From the NCBI RefSeq assembly GCF_009914755.1, contig NC_060942.1: a stretch of DNA of 64,000 nucleotides, one strand, 5' to 3'. The position numbers and the translations under genes were made by a program. The notes below the pieces were generated by a model, which worked only from the letters and a program-made list of their open reading frames with translations, did no database searches and was not told the origin of the DNA. This document shows positions 13,435-29,521 of the stretch, one piece after another; position 1 is the first letter of the stretch, and each line of letters begins with the position of its first letter. This stretch comes from the human T2T-CHM13v2.0 reference genome, Homo sapiens.

Positions 13435-15967
13435 GTCAGTAGAAACCCCATGACAGTTTGCCATTTTGTGGAACAAAGCAAGGAGTGAAGCATGTGGAAA
13501 TTCAATCACATGTCCCTTGTATAGCAGTGAGGAGATGGGGGAGTCCATCCAGTGTGATTTTCACCTGCCTCTCTCTCTCTCATCCCACTTAGGCCCCTGA
13601 GGCAAAACTGCTGGGCTTGAAAGGCTTTGAAATAACTTTAGATCTTTCTTCATGTCCCCCTTTTCTCATTCACAAGTCTCTCCCTATCTTTATACCTTCA
13701 GTGCAGAAATTCATTACCTCTCCTATAGTTGTAGTTGGTGGCAAGGCCCCTAGGAGGCGTAGCTGACTTTCTTAGAGGTGTTCACTTACCATCTGCTTTA
13801 AGAAGTTGTACATACTTAAGTCTAAGAGGACTGTTTTATAAAAGAAAACACTCATTCAGCCTGTGACACATTCATTTTAAAAAATGGTGTTCAAATGGAA
13901 ATGCCTGATATACCTTTAGCTGAGATTCTAGTGGCCTTTGCTATAATAAATGACCTAATATTAGTTTCTGTGAAGAGTACAATATTGATTTGTGCCATTA
14001 TTCTGTAGCTGATTTGCTGAAGAACAAAAATTTATAATGCTAATGGAAATAAAGTACTTTACAAAACACTGCACATGAATACCGGAACGTGTCTTTGTAA
14101 TAGAACAAGTGTCTCGTAAGCTTTTAAATATAAATTTTCTTTATTCTAGCACATGGTATTCCAGTACAGATACTCAGAGTCATGTCCAACTTGTTTTTAT
14201 AGAGCAAAAAGCTGAGTTGATAATCTTGTGATGTTTTACCACTTAGACACTGAATATGCATATAGAAATCCAATTTTGATTGGATTGTGAGGCATTTATA
14301 ATTTTGTACCCTGTTTCTGATTTTCTTATCTCTTTATGTTGATTGGATGGTATGTGTATTTGCCTTGTTTTTTTGTTTGGCCTTGTGATCTGCATATGAC
14401 AGAATAGATCTTACGGATTGGAAGGAAAACAGTAATTTAAAGTCATTGCAAGAAAATTATATTAACCTATTTTACCTGTAATATTTTTATTATATTAGCT
14501 AATGATAGATTTTGTTCTAGTATTGTTTATAAATTCTGGGATTAAAATGATCAAATTATACCTAAATATCTTGCTTAATCCATTCTTTCTCTTCCTGCTT
14601 TTTTTTGTGGGGGAAGTATGGTATTTTATATTTTATTTTTCCTTAGTGATATTGTCCTAATGATATATTACATCTGCTATCTGTTTTTATTAACCAGATT
14701 TTGATACAAATATGTATTTTAAATATGTTTTAATATTTATAAATGGTTTCATCGTGCATGACATTTGCAGACTTGGTTAATATTTTAGCACCTCTAGTAC
14801 ACAAACATAAAGAAAAATTTTTTTTTTATTTGTTTGAGCACCTGAATTGACCCCAGCAAGATTGAGATTGATCTGGTTTCTTTCAGCCTGTTAAATGCCA
14901 ACCCAGTCATCTGTAACAGTACTTAGTGTTTTTGTAATTTTTCTGTACAAATTTTCTGTGTTTGTTCTGTAAAACTTACCTATCACTTGAAAATATTTTC
15001 CTTGATTTAGAGATGAAAATAACCACAACCACTTATTTTATTGCTTGTTTTAAAAAATTGTTTTGACAGTCAATGTCCATGCTATAATCACAGGGTTTTT
15101 GTGTGTGTGTGTATAATCTTAATGAAAAGAGTTTACATTTTACTAGGAAAAGATGATGAAACTTAACATTTGAAATATGGTCTTGGAATAAAGAACATCC
15201 AGCTTTAGGGAATGGAAATGGAAAAAGAGGTGGATAATTCTTAATACATGAATATTCATGCTGATTTAAAACATATAATTAAATTACATCTTTCTAATAA
15301 TTAAACATTTTCAGATAAGTTCTGGCATATCTTATAGATACAAAGATGTAAATTATCTTATTTTTATATATCTTTATATCTTGGATATGAAGTAGAGAAA
15401 GCTTTTTCTTTACCCCCTTCTAGCAGGTGGCTACTATGTCTTAGGTTCTATTTTGATTTTTATCTGTTTGTTTTTTTTCCTTAAGCAAGGATCTGTCTTC
15501 AAAGCAAATAAATACCAGTCAGAGAAACTAAATGAGAAATGAGTCTCTGAATTTTGGGTGATGGCTGGAGGATTGGGCCTTTTCAGTCTTAATCTAAAGA
15601 GCCATGGTGCTTTTCATAAAATGTTTACTTAGGGTTTAAAGTAACCACATAGTCTCAGATGTCACCTATTTTAAAGGTGTGATCAGGATTCTGAGACCAT
15701 CCCAAGCTTTTCCCATTTAGAAGTGGATGCATACTTGGGGCCAGAAACCTTTCCTTCTCCGTTTTGTCACTACCCAGTCTTGTGGCGAAGGGACTCTAGC
15801 ATGATGGTTCTCAAAAGGAAAGTGAGAGGCAGGAGGGATGAGTTTCAAAAGACGATTCTTGTAAGCCTTGTCTCCTCAACCAAGAATCTGTATTTTTTCA
15901 TTTTATAGTTTCCAAATTAGATGACAATAATTAGGGAGAAAAATACAATTTTTTTTTTCCTAAGGGG

Positions 15968-16272
<305 letters not shown>

Positions 16273-16722
16273 AAGGATTTTTCTAATGATATATAAGTGA
16301 TCATTTACTGAACCAGGTTATTGGTTGGGAATTCAGTGGAAAGAGTAGTATCTCCTCTTCACCATGTGTTAGCTGTAACCCCAGAGAGATCACATAGCTT
16401 CTGCACTAATCTTAACTACATCATAGTTTCTTCTTGTGTAAAAGGAGGGGAGCGAATAAATCCATGTTTTTCAAACATTTTAGGTAGTAAACTTACACAT
16501 GAAATCTTAACCAGAGTTCCAATACGTAAAACCAATAAAAAGTATTTCTTTAGGCTTTTAAATCTTTGTTTTTTTTTTTTTTTTTGAAAAATGTTTCATT
16601 TCTTGTACAATGAAACCTTCATGCTGTTCTTTTGTCTTTTGGGGTTCTATCTAGCACAATTGAAAACTGCTTAATTATCTGCTCCCTAAAAACCTTCTTG
16701 CTTTAACAAATTATTTTCTTTA

Positions 16723-16754
<32 letters not shown>

Positions 16755-16766
16755 ACATGCACACAT
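16723..16766. repeat. (CA)n microsatellite
   Basis: acacacacacacacacacacacacagacacacatgcacacat. Confidence 0.9.
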
Positions 16767-17105
16767 ACCTACACTATGATACAGGGCAGAATTAGTAAAG
16801 AGTTAATACAATCTTTCCCTTATATATAGGGCAATTACTAAAATTTGTTGTCATGCGGGACAACTTTTATTTCTCTGTAACTCCTTTGGTTCTGTATGGC
16901 AACTTGGGAAATATATTCTTGCTACTTCTCCAGAAAATGACTGCGCTCTTTGTAGAGCTTCATAGTAGGTTGCACCCAGCAAAGTACACTAACAGAGTGC
17001 CAGCTCAGTATGTGCATTCAATTCAGTATGTGACTAAAATAGTTGTCTCCTGGAAGCACAGAAACCATTTTGAATGTGCTACATTAATGTTTGATACATA
17101 CTTCA

Positions 17106-17147
17106 GTCTACTGCCATACCACCCTGAATGCGCCTGATCTTATCTGA
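17106..17147 (+). pseudogene. 5S rRNA 5' fragment (tailless retropseudogene)
   Basis: gtctactgccataccaccctgaatgcgcctgatcttatctga matches 5S nt 1-42 (GTCTACGGCCATACCACCCTGAACGCGCCCGATCTCGTCTGA) with mostly CpG-site changes. Flanking direct repeat atacttca. Confidence 0.9.
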
Positions 17148-18039
17148 CATATACTTCATTATTTTGAATTAAAATGTGATAACCTATCAGACATGGATTG
17201 GCCAACTATCTGGTTTTAGAACTTATTTGTTCTTATATAACTGTCATTGTATAATATGAGTGCAGATTCATATATATTCAGTCATCTTTTAATAGCCATG
17301 CTGCACTTGACAAACCTCTATAATCACTTGCCTGTTCAACTTAATGAATTGCCTGTCGTTGGATGAAGTTAAATCTGTTAATTTGGTTTCTTCTCTTTTC
17401 AAGGCATAGTAAGCACACTAAAGCTTCTGTGACATGTTCTGTGTAGAATCAGTAAATCAATTTCTAGAAAGCACACTAGTTGAGTTTTGATTTTCTTTCA
17501 CACTAAATATTTAAAAGTATGTGCAAGAGATTTTGTTTCAGATTAAATTTTTGGTTGAGGAATTCTTATGTAATTAATTCTGCACATACTTGCTTTTTCT
17601 TTTTATCATTGGTTATACATGCCCCATAGCCCTGTGGTATGCATAAGGTGATCATGGTAAAAAGCAGAAACATTTATTCTTGAAGTTTATCATTGAAACA
17701 CATGAATAGGATAACAGAGACATATTCCTCTTATATATTTGGCCAGAAAACATTTAAATGCTTCTTTAGAAAGCGGGCTTACATCTTTCTATTAATTATA
17801 TGTCAAACGTCCTTAGTAGCGATTGGTAGGAGGGTAGGTATTTGGGGAGAAAACACATCAAACAGGGACCATTTCAGAGAAATTGTATTAACCTTTACTA
17901 CTAATCAGTGAATCTTTTTTTCTTATTTCTCTTCGAGTTGCTGCATAGAGTTATTAGGATGATTTGTTAAATGATCTGTTTGCCAAATTACAATTTTAGA
18001 GACTGGTTTTGGATAAAACCAATGTGTTTTCTATTCTGT

Positions 18040-18259
18040 TTTAAAAACATTTGTATCTTAGAATATATCAAACGTAGAGAAAGGTGGAGAGTAATGTAAT
18101 GAACTTTCATATACCTGTTGCCTAGTTTCAATGGTTACTGACTCCTGGGTAATCTTATTTTCTTTATCTCTTCATCTTTTGCCCCACATTATTCCCAAAG
18201 CAGTTCTCAAATGCAATATTGCCTTATCTGTAAATGTTTGTGTCTTAAAAGGTAAAGTC

Positions 18260-18305
<46 letters not shown>

Positions 18306-19900
18306 AGACAGAGTCTCACTCTGTCGCCCAGGCTGGAGTACAGTGGCGTGATCTTGGCTCAATGCAAGCTCTGCCTCCTGGGTTCACGCCATTCTCCTGC
18401 CTCAGCCACCCAAACAGCTGGGACTACAGGTGCCCACCACCATGCCTGGCTAATTTTTTCTATTTTTAGTAGAGAAGGGGTTTCATTGTGCTAACAAGGA
18501 TGGTCTCGATCTCCTGACCTTGTGATCTGCCTGCCTCGGCCTCCCAAAGTGCTGGGATTACAGGCGTGAGCCACCGTGCCCGGCCAGATAAAGTCTATTT
18601 TTAAAAAGCCAAAGCCTACACTACACTTTGAATGCCAAAAAATTAAAACCAATTTGTTAATATTATTCAGTAACTCAGTGTTTCTATTTTGCCAATATGT
18701 TTCATAATTTTTTCAAAGTTTGTTTATGCCATTTAGGATTCAAATAAAAGTTCATATATAACAGTTGGCTAACATGTTGCATATTTCTTTTAATCTATAG
18801 AGTTTCTATCAATCAATCATCTACTTGTCTTTAGCTCTTTCTCCTCCCGTTCTTTATGATTTATTTGTAGAATAAATTAGGTTTGTAGTGTGATGAGTTT
18901 TGCCTTTCTTTTCATTAGAGTAGCAGATCCCAGTATTATAAATTCTAACATTCCTTCCTCATTTGTTAGCTAGAATACTTCTCTAAGGAGAATCTTATCC
19001 TCATCAACTACTCTGCACCCTGGCTACACTTCAGAAATGACAGAACAAAGACTCGAAGTGATTTTTAAAGTATTTAAATATTAATATGAATTCATGGATT
19101 GAAACGTATTTAGGTTTTGGTCCATTATAATGATTCATATCATTTTACAAATTTTCCTATCTTTGATCAGTGGAAGCCTCTTTAGTTGACTCCTGAATCC
19201 TTTTGATAAGACCCTGGTAATCTTTGGTAGCCTAATTACTGACATTCTGTGCCCACCTCGTTTCCTGACTCAGACCTGAGTCAACTCATGTAAGAATCTT
19301 GGTCCTTTTAGTGGGAAATTGTGTTTTAAGATCACAAAAAGTGCTAGATATGCGTCTTGCTGTTTGTTCACTGTTGCTTGCCTTTTTGGTAGATGCATGC
19401 ACACTTTCATTTGAATCTTAGAGTATATAAAATACTTTGAGTTTATACTGATATTCCCCAATAAATTTGGAACTACAGAAGTTTTACTTAATTTGATTAA
19501 CGTTACATCTGTATTTACTTTCCCTCACAACATCCATGTAATGACTCATCTGCTCTCCCCCACAATACACACACAACAGTTTGGAATACTGTCAGCACTG
19601 CCATACATGATATGATTACCAAAAATAATGTGTGGATGTTCTTGTTTGTTTGTATTCACTCTGTTGCCCAGGCTGGTCTCAGATTCAGATATGCACCCCA
19701 ATGCCTAGCTTTATTTGTATTTGTTTGATTTTATTTGTTTGTTTGCTTATAGTTACTTTTTCTTCTTAGGGTATAAACCACTGAAGATGAACAGTTAAAT
19801 TATTGTGCTTAAAGGTCACTGGAAATAGTTTCTCTCTGTGGGATCATACCACCAAGTTGATAACACAGTTACATTCATTTGTTTCATTTTAGTTGCACAA
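18040..19900 (-). mobile_element. Old L1M (L1MC/ME-like) fragments, interrupted by an Alu
   Basis: Degenerate L1M 3'-region motifs (atgaattcatggattgaaacgtattt; aagaatcttggtccttttagtgggaa; tttatactgatattccc). Confidence 0.55.
18262..18586 (-). mobile_element. AluY-like element with ~42-nt homopolymer tail
   Basis: Y diagnostics gcaagctctgcctcctgggttcacgccattctcc and aggatggtctcgatctcctgacc. TSD taaagtctattttt on both sides. Confidence 0.92.
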
Positions 19901-22336
19901 TTATATTAGCTAATATCTCCAACATAATGTTAAATAGGAAATGTGAATACAACAATGATTTTATTAGATAACACGATGACATTATAATGAGTTTCTGTAC
20001 TTCGAAGGTTAATTTTTTTACCTGGAAATCACAACAATACCATTTAGCTAATGCACTAAACATATTTATAACCGAAATCATAGATTATTGGATGTATATC
20101 AATGCAATTTCTATAGAGATATAATCTTAACACCCATAGTTCTCCCAGCTGGTGGAATTTGTTGGATAGCTATGCACATAGTGCCACTGTAAGGGATGCC
20201 TCATCTTCAGGCAACTAAGAGGTTTCACTGTGAGGATATCTTCCTCCTTCACCTCCATTTGAAGATTTCTTTACTACCCTACTGGCTCACTCCCTCTCCC
20301 CACTGCCCCACTCAAGTGATTGCATGACTTTGGGAAGTTAATCTAGTTAATATTCATTTGAAAATGAAGAACTTAGACCCAGAGATGTATATCTACTGAT
20401 TGTGTATGTTTCTTTAAGACTAGTGATTTCAAACTCGTCATGTTTAGAAAACTCTACAAAGCCTCAGCTGGTATACAAAGATTTCTGCATTGATAACTGT
20501 GGTGAGATTTTACTTGAAATATGCTAATGTTTCTAAAAGTTAAATTTCCACTAAAAAAACTTAATAGCATTTTGTTGCTAAAAATGAGGTGTCACTATCT
20601 AATTGCCCTCTGTTATCAAGTTTGCAGGTGCTCAGTAATTATGTAATAATACACAAGAAGAAAAAGATTTAATACCTACTAAATCCATGAACTATGATCA
20701 GTTCTTTTACATTTTCTTTAATTTTATTAGATTAAAATGTGCAAGTGAATGATGTAGAAGAAAATGACATTTCTTCCATGGCATGGAAGAAAAAAGGAAA
20801 CGTCACCTTAAATTAAAATCACCTCCAAATTTTCTAACGTAGTTCTTTAAGAAATTTGAGGGGAGTTTGTTTGATTTTGCTCTATTTTGTTTTTTAATTA
20901 GAGGAAAAAGAAATCAAACTGCAACCCTAGGACCAAAGACTGTCTTTCCTTTGCTGGGACCTTTATAGTGGTCCATCAGGTACTGGCTCACAGACATCAT
21001 CATGCCTTTCTTTCCCTCCCTGAGGCACCTTGGCGGAATCATGTGATCCTGTGAGCCAGGTGCATCAGCTCTGCTTCGGATCACAGAGATTAGACAGACT
21101 CATGAGTTGCTAGAACTCTTTGGTATTACGTGTTTGAATCCATGATGGGCCTTTGGCAAGTAGTGTTAGCTCTTTTTAAATGAAGTTGAACTGAGCTAAG
21201 GATGCACTTTCTTCTAATCTTGTGGATGTAGAAGGGGCCCCTGTGAGGCCCTCAGTAGGCTTCCTAGTTGCTGCTTTACCTGATAAGGCCCAAAGAGATT
21301 ACATTTGGACCTGTAAAAAGGACAACAACAACAATAACAACAAACCCACCTTCTAGTAGTTTACTAGAGATAAATGGAAAACTTATCTCTAATTCTTCTC
21401 TAATTGATTCATTCCCTAATTGATTGAATGGTGATTAATTAGTTCCATGTAGTTTTTAAAATATAAATGGTATATTTATATACCATTTTATATTTTATAT
21501 TTATGATATAAATATAAAACAGGTATAAATAGGATATGTAGGAAAAGGGGAAGAAGCAGTTAATTTTGATTGAACACAAAGTTCATTAAGATATTCTGAT
21601 TTCAATTCTTTATCTGATTGGTGATTATTCCTAGCATACTGGATCCCTTCATTAGAATCATAGTTTTCCCCATTCCCAAAGAAACAACCCCATCTTGTGG
21701 ATTTATCAGAATACACTTTTATCTATCTATCTAAAAAATAAGTCAGCTAAAACTTAAACGTAACATTAAGTCAGTTAAACAAATTGTATTTTGCACATAC
21801 ATGGAGCACAGCATTGTTCTGGATGCTGGATATGAAAAGAAATGAGATTCCATTTCATTCAGTCATCTTCATCTTCCCTTGGGCGTTTATAGCCACTTCA
21901 AACCTATCATCTTTACCTGTAAATATTCTTTTCTATTTTTCCACTTTCCATCACTACCATCACTTTTATTACATATATGTCGCAGGGAAATGTACACTAA
22001 TTTTGGAAATGTTTCTGTAATCTGTTACATGATGATTGGTGCTATATTGATGGACCAAAGATGATAATATTTCCCTGGTTAAAAGCATTTTATTTTTAAA
22101 GGATGTAATGATTTTACTTGACTTTTGTAATAGCAAATTTAATTATATTGACGATAATAATCACTGTAGAAAGCACATCAATCTGCTTTGGTAGGGCAGC
22201 ACATTTCTATCAATAATAGTGGTTATGGGGTGGGGCAGAGGGAGTTGACTTTCATGTGATTCTTTTGGATATAACATAACTCAGTTCACTTGACTTGATG
22301 AGTTTACTTGTAGCTTTGAGACTCATTTGACTGGCA

Positions 22337-22520
22337 CAGTGGTTCTTAACCTGCAGCGATTTTACATACCCTCACACCCCAACATTTGGTGATATCTGGA
22401 GACATTTTGGTTGTCACCACTAGGACAGAGGCCAGGGATGCTTCTAAACAGGACAGCCCTTGCCACTGCCAACAAAGAATTATCCAACCCAGAATGTTAG
22501 TAATGAGTTAAGATATCCTG
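22337..22520. mobile_element. MER20 (hAT-Charlie MITE)
   Basis: cagtggttcttaacc...tctggagacattttggttgtcac...gaggccagggatgc...aacaaagaattatccaacccagaatgt. Confidence 0.8.
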
Positions 22521-22954
22521 GGCTAGAATAATTAAACGTGAAATTTGTTGCCTTTTCTCCAATTACATTTCTAAGGAATAGTCTGTTTATGCTTATGTTA
22601 TTGAGGGTGATACTGCGGTTAAGTAGGTAGTATTTTTCTATGTTATTTATGTAAAATTAAATTACCCAATTTATTTTCTTTTCCATTTAGTATTTGCTAT
22701 TGCTTTATAAAAGTTTTCTTAATAAATGGATTATATAATTTGTATTATAGACTTTTTGATAGATACTGAGAATATATAAAATAGATCTTATACATGAGAC
22801 ATTTGTCAAAATTTCATTTATAAACACTGCATATTTGCATATAGAATTGCTTCTGGTGAATAATAAAAGATTAAAACAATGTTAAGTAAATGTCCTGATC
22901 AATGTATGTATCACAGCTTGTTTTCAATCCTTCCTCCCTTTTTCTTTCCCTCCC

Positions 22955-23125
22955 TAATTCAATAGCTATTTATTAACTGCCAAACAGCTATAGGCTGGAG
23001 AATATAATGATAAACAAAGTAGTCATGGTCCCTGTCTTCATGGAGCTTATAGTGTATTAGGAAGGCAGGTAATCAAATGAACAATGAAACAGTGCAGTAA
23101 GAACTATTATAGAGATGGTGAAGGA
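22955..23125 (-). mobile_element. L2 3' end fragment
   Basis: tcaatagctatttattaactg...atggtccctgtcttcatggagcttatagt. Confidence 0.6.
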
Positions 23126-24649
23126 CTCAGTGTCCAGCATAGCCAGTCACTTAAACAGCTTGAAAATAGAGTATTTGGAGGTGCCAAGGAATTCATTTAA
23201 AAGAGATATTTTTAGAGTGAAATATTAAAACTGTTTTTGAGGGTGTAGTACTCTTGTACTGTATAACTTTTAATTTTTATCTAAATGTAGAATCTCTGTG
23301 AAATATATGTAAATAAAAAGGATAAATGGAACAGGATGACAATATCTTAAGTATTACTTGAGGTCACATATTTGTGGCTTTTATATCAAATATTTTGGTT
23401 TTTTTTATTCATCAGAACTATGACATTTTAATACTTGTTACTGATACTCTATATTACAGTGTTGCTGATAATATTTTATGTGCTGTGGGGGTCATAAAAG
23501 AGCTGACAACACTAACATATTTACAGTACAGTAGTACTGTTTGTAAATATATAAAAATATATAAGACTTGGTATGTACCAAGCACAGTTTCAAGAAGTAT
23601 TTTACATATTATTAATGCCTCATTAAATGTTATGTGAAACATTATATGTGTGCTAGCCTGATAACATGTGGGTGTATATTTATGGTGACAGAATTAAACA
23701 CATTTTTAAAATGTGCTGTGAAACATTCTAACTGAAATCAGTGGTTGCAAAATCAAATATGATTCTCATGACACCAAGTGGATAGGGATTATTCATTTAA
23801 CCTCCTTTAAAGCATAATTTTTTATTGCTGGCATTCTCTGTAAGAGTAATTGATCTACTTTTATTAATCTTTTCAAGTTTTCTTTAATGCCAGTTTATTT
23901 GCAGTGACTCAACTTCCTTTCCTGGTTTCCCTTGCTCACTGCCAGAGTAAGGAAGAAATTAGAGTTGTAGCCTAAGAGTAGGCTGCCTTGTTTAAAAATA
24001 GACTTTGCTATGTTTTTATTTGTGGGACGGGGTTAAAAATGAAAGTTTATATTCTCTTTATACACTGTCGTATCTCTGTGGTCTTCTTACTGTCTGGCTC
24101 ATTTTTCATTCTTTTTATAACTTTGTTTGCAAGTTAATTCTTTAAAAGCTCTGCCAGAGGCAATGATTGGTGCTCCCTTACTTAATTCAACTTTTCATTC
24201 TCTAAATCATTGGTTAGATATGAATAGTCTTTAAAATGAATTGTGAGGTTTAATCACTGTAATGTAGTGGAATCATGATGTGCTTCTATAGATGCATTAT
24301 GCTCATTACAGTGTATGCATGTTTATATCTTCACCAGTTTGATCCCACTTTGTCATGTTTCCAGGCTGAACTCAATATATTTCATGCATGTGCTTACTTA
24401 GTTTTCTCTGAAGCTTGCCATTTTACTTCTTTCTTTATATCTTATATATAAATACATATCTACATTTTGAGACATAATTTGTGTTCCATTGTGATATTGA
24501 ACCATATAGTCTTCATAAAAATAAATACATATAGAAAGTGCTCCACTGAGATCTCCTTGGGGCCAAGATCCAGGACCTTATATTTTGTCCCCAAAGACCC
24601 AGCGCCAGACCCTCAGCAGGCTCCTAATAACTGTCTGAGGAATATAACT

Positions 24650-26915
<2,266 letters not shown>

Positions 26916-27772
26916 TCTTATGAGCTGTCTTTCCATTTATTTCTCTCTATAAGTAACATTCTTGCTTGTTTCATGCTTTTTATCATGTATCTTCTAGGTC
27001 ATTAACTTACTGTCTGTACTTAATGTATCTTATTAGTTTTGCCTATATTCTTACATGGTACTCATTACTGTCCATATATAACACTTCTTATGAGTTTCAT
27101 CCATCTTATTCTTATCTATAAAATAACTGAATATTCTCAAATAATAAAGTCAGAGCACATTACAGTGTTTATCTAATTTATTACTGTGATAAGTTATTGG
27201 AATATCCAAAATGCCTTATAGTGTGATCTCATAGCATATTGTTGCCAATTAAATGTGTCATCTGCTAGCACAATATTAAAACCAGATTCTTGTGTATTTA
27301 TTTTCAAATCATTTATTCACTATGTGTAAAGAGGTTAAGAGTCAAAAGCGTTCCTATTTGTGTGTTTGTGTGTGTATGTGTTTAGATATTTGAAAATAAC
27401 ATTTTTTGGCAGTGAAAGAAAATAAGATACATTGGTTCTGTGAAAGGTAAATATTCTGATTTTTTGCCATCAAATATCTTATTTATAAACATGTATCGTA
27501 AGACGTCTGGAAATGTGGCTCTAAAAGGAGGGAAATAATACTAAAAGTTTTTAAAAAGGCATAAGTAAATGGGTTCATGAAATGGAGAAAAAAAGCTGAA
27601 TATTCAGTATTTTCCTGAAGTTAGGAAAAAGAGAATAACAATAAGCAAAAATTGATAATAACAAAAGCAATGGTAATAACTTTAATGATACTATAATGCT
27701 ACTTATTGAGCACTTACCACATCTCAGGCACTGTGCTAAACTCAACCCCTTGTATCCATCATTGAATTTATC

Positions 27773-28069
27773 TAATTAATTAATTAATTTTTTGAGACAG
27801 GGTCTTGCTCCGTCGCCCAGGCTGGAGTGTAGCGGTGCCATCATGGCTCACTGCAGCCTTTACCGCCCAAGCAATATTCCCACCTCAACCTTTTCAGTAG
27901 CTGGGATTACAGGTGTGCACCACTGTGCCCAGCCTAATGTTTGTATTCTTTTGTAGAAATGAGGTTTTGCCAAGTTGCTCAGGCAGGACTCGAACTCCTG
28001 GCTGAAGAGATCTGCCACCTCAGCCTCCCAAAGTGCTGGGATTACAAACGTGAGCCACCACACCTGGCC
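27773..28069 (-). mobile_element. AluJ inserted in a MIR remnant
   Basis: Reverse Alu with TSD catcattgaattta on both sides. Confidence 0.9.
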
Positions 28070-28221
28070 CATCATTGAATTTAATGTATGACATATCACT
28101 GTCTACTATCTTGTATTCATCAGGTTTTATACAATGACACAACGGCAGCCTGGCTGGGTTGCCAGAAATTATTGCTTTTTATTTGTTACCTCTCTGGGAT
28201 TGTCTGCTAGCAGATTAAACT

Positions 28222-29521
28222 GGATTTGAGCCATAATCTTGAAACACACAATCTCAAACTCTAAAATTCCAAATATTGAAATCCCAAAAGATTAGAATCC
28301 TTAAAGTCTAAAACCCTGAGAATCATAATTCAAAAGATCAAAATCCTGAAAATATAATTCTGGAAAAGGTAATTTAAAATATAGTTTCTACGTTTTTATA
28401 GAGAATTTATTTGAGAAACATAAAAAACGTGTCAGAACACTTCATAGTCCACTTCACACAATAAAATAAGCAACAATAACATCTGTGTTTTGTAAGCGTA
28501 AAAACTCTGGTATGCTAATGACAGTCATATGGATATAACAGTTATGAGTCAGTGAACCTATTCATAAAGAAGTAAGTCAAAAAGTGAAATGTATTAATGC
28601 ATATCACTGTGGTTGGTGATTGTGTGTACTCAGCTTTATAACAGTGGTCCGCTGAGATACTGTGTTAGACAATCTAAGTCTTTTGATGAGAATGATCAAA
28701 AACTGCGACAGATCATCACATAGGCAATGTGAATTTGAGAGCTGAGATTTTGAGACATTTTATTTTTCGCAAATGCAAATGTACAAAGGAACATCTCTTC
28801 ATTTATTGAGGAACTTTCACCATTTTTACATACATGCACAAATGCTTATACACAAAGTCAATGTTGTGATAATGCACTTTCGTAGCGTCAAATTTCTGAT
28901 GTTTAAGGCAGCAGAAGAGAAGTCTGTCCCAGCTCTCAGAGACCAATTTCCCTTCTGCATTTGTTCTCCCTGGACCCTGGAAGACCAATTGGATGGTTTC
29001 TGCCAACACTGAGGGCAGACCTTCCCCACCTAGTCCACTCAGACTCTCACATTAATCGTCTCTGGAAACACTCTCACAGGCACACCCTAAGTAATGCTTT
29101 GGGTTGGGTTGGGTTCTAGATGTTCCTTAATCCAGTTAAATTGATACCAAAATTAAGTCCACAAGTCCACCCCTTGTCAGGCTGTTACCCATCCACACCT
29201 CCTTAAACCCATTTAATTTCCAAGTGAAGACAATAAAAAGGTAATACTTCCTAACATGATGTAACTAACATGATGTAACTATCCTGCATACAACCAAAAA
29301 GCGCACTGATCACTTCCCCAGAATCGGGCTTTCAGGATTTCAGAATTTGGGATTTTACTGTTTTGGGATTATGATTTTGGGGATTTTAGACTCTAGAGAT
29401 TTTCGTCATTTGGAGTTTTAGATTGTAGACCTTTGATTTTTGGGAATTTCCATCTTTCGAGATTTCAACATTTAGGATTATGGCATTTGGGATTGTGTCT
29501 TTGGAGATTATGATTGACACT
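28222..29521. mobile_element. Ricksha-like MuDR non-autonomous DNA transposon carrying an MLT2/ERV-L fragment
   Basis: ~70-bp imperfect TIRs (cataatc..aaa.acacaatc.caaa...aaat.ttgaaatc.c.aaagat) and subterminal repeats. 10-bp TSD agattaaact / acattaaact. Internal MLT2 LTR piece plus PPT at about 28897-29180. Confidence 0.8.

Noticed and set aside
18131-18494. Poly-Phe and other Alu-frame ORFs (also 4508, 41738, 54505, 61668)
   Set aside because: Translations of Alu sequence and poly-T tails.
28230-28360. Regularly spaced short repeats, superficially CRISPR-like (also 29325-29515 and 43560-43660)
   Set aside because: The DNA is eukaryotic, the repeats are degenerate with no unique spacers, and there are no cas genes. 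They are explained as transposon subterminal repeats and a minisatellite.
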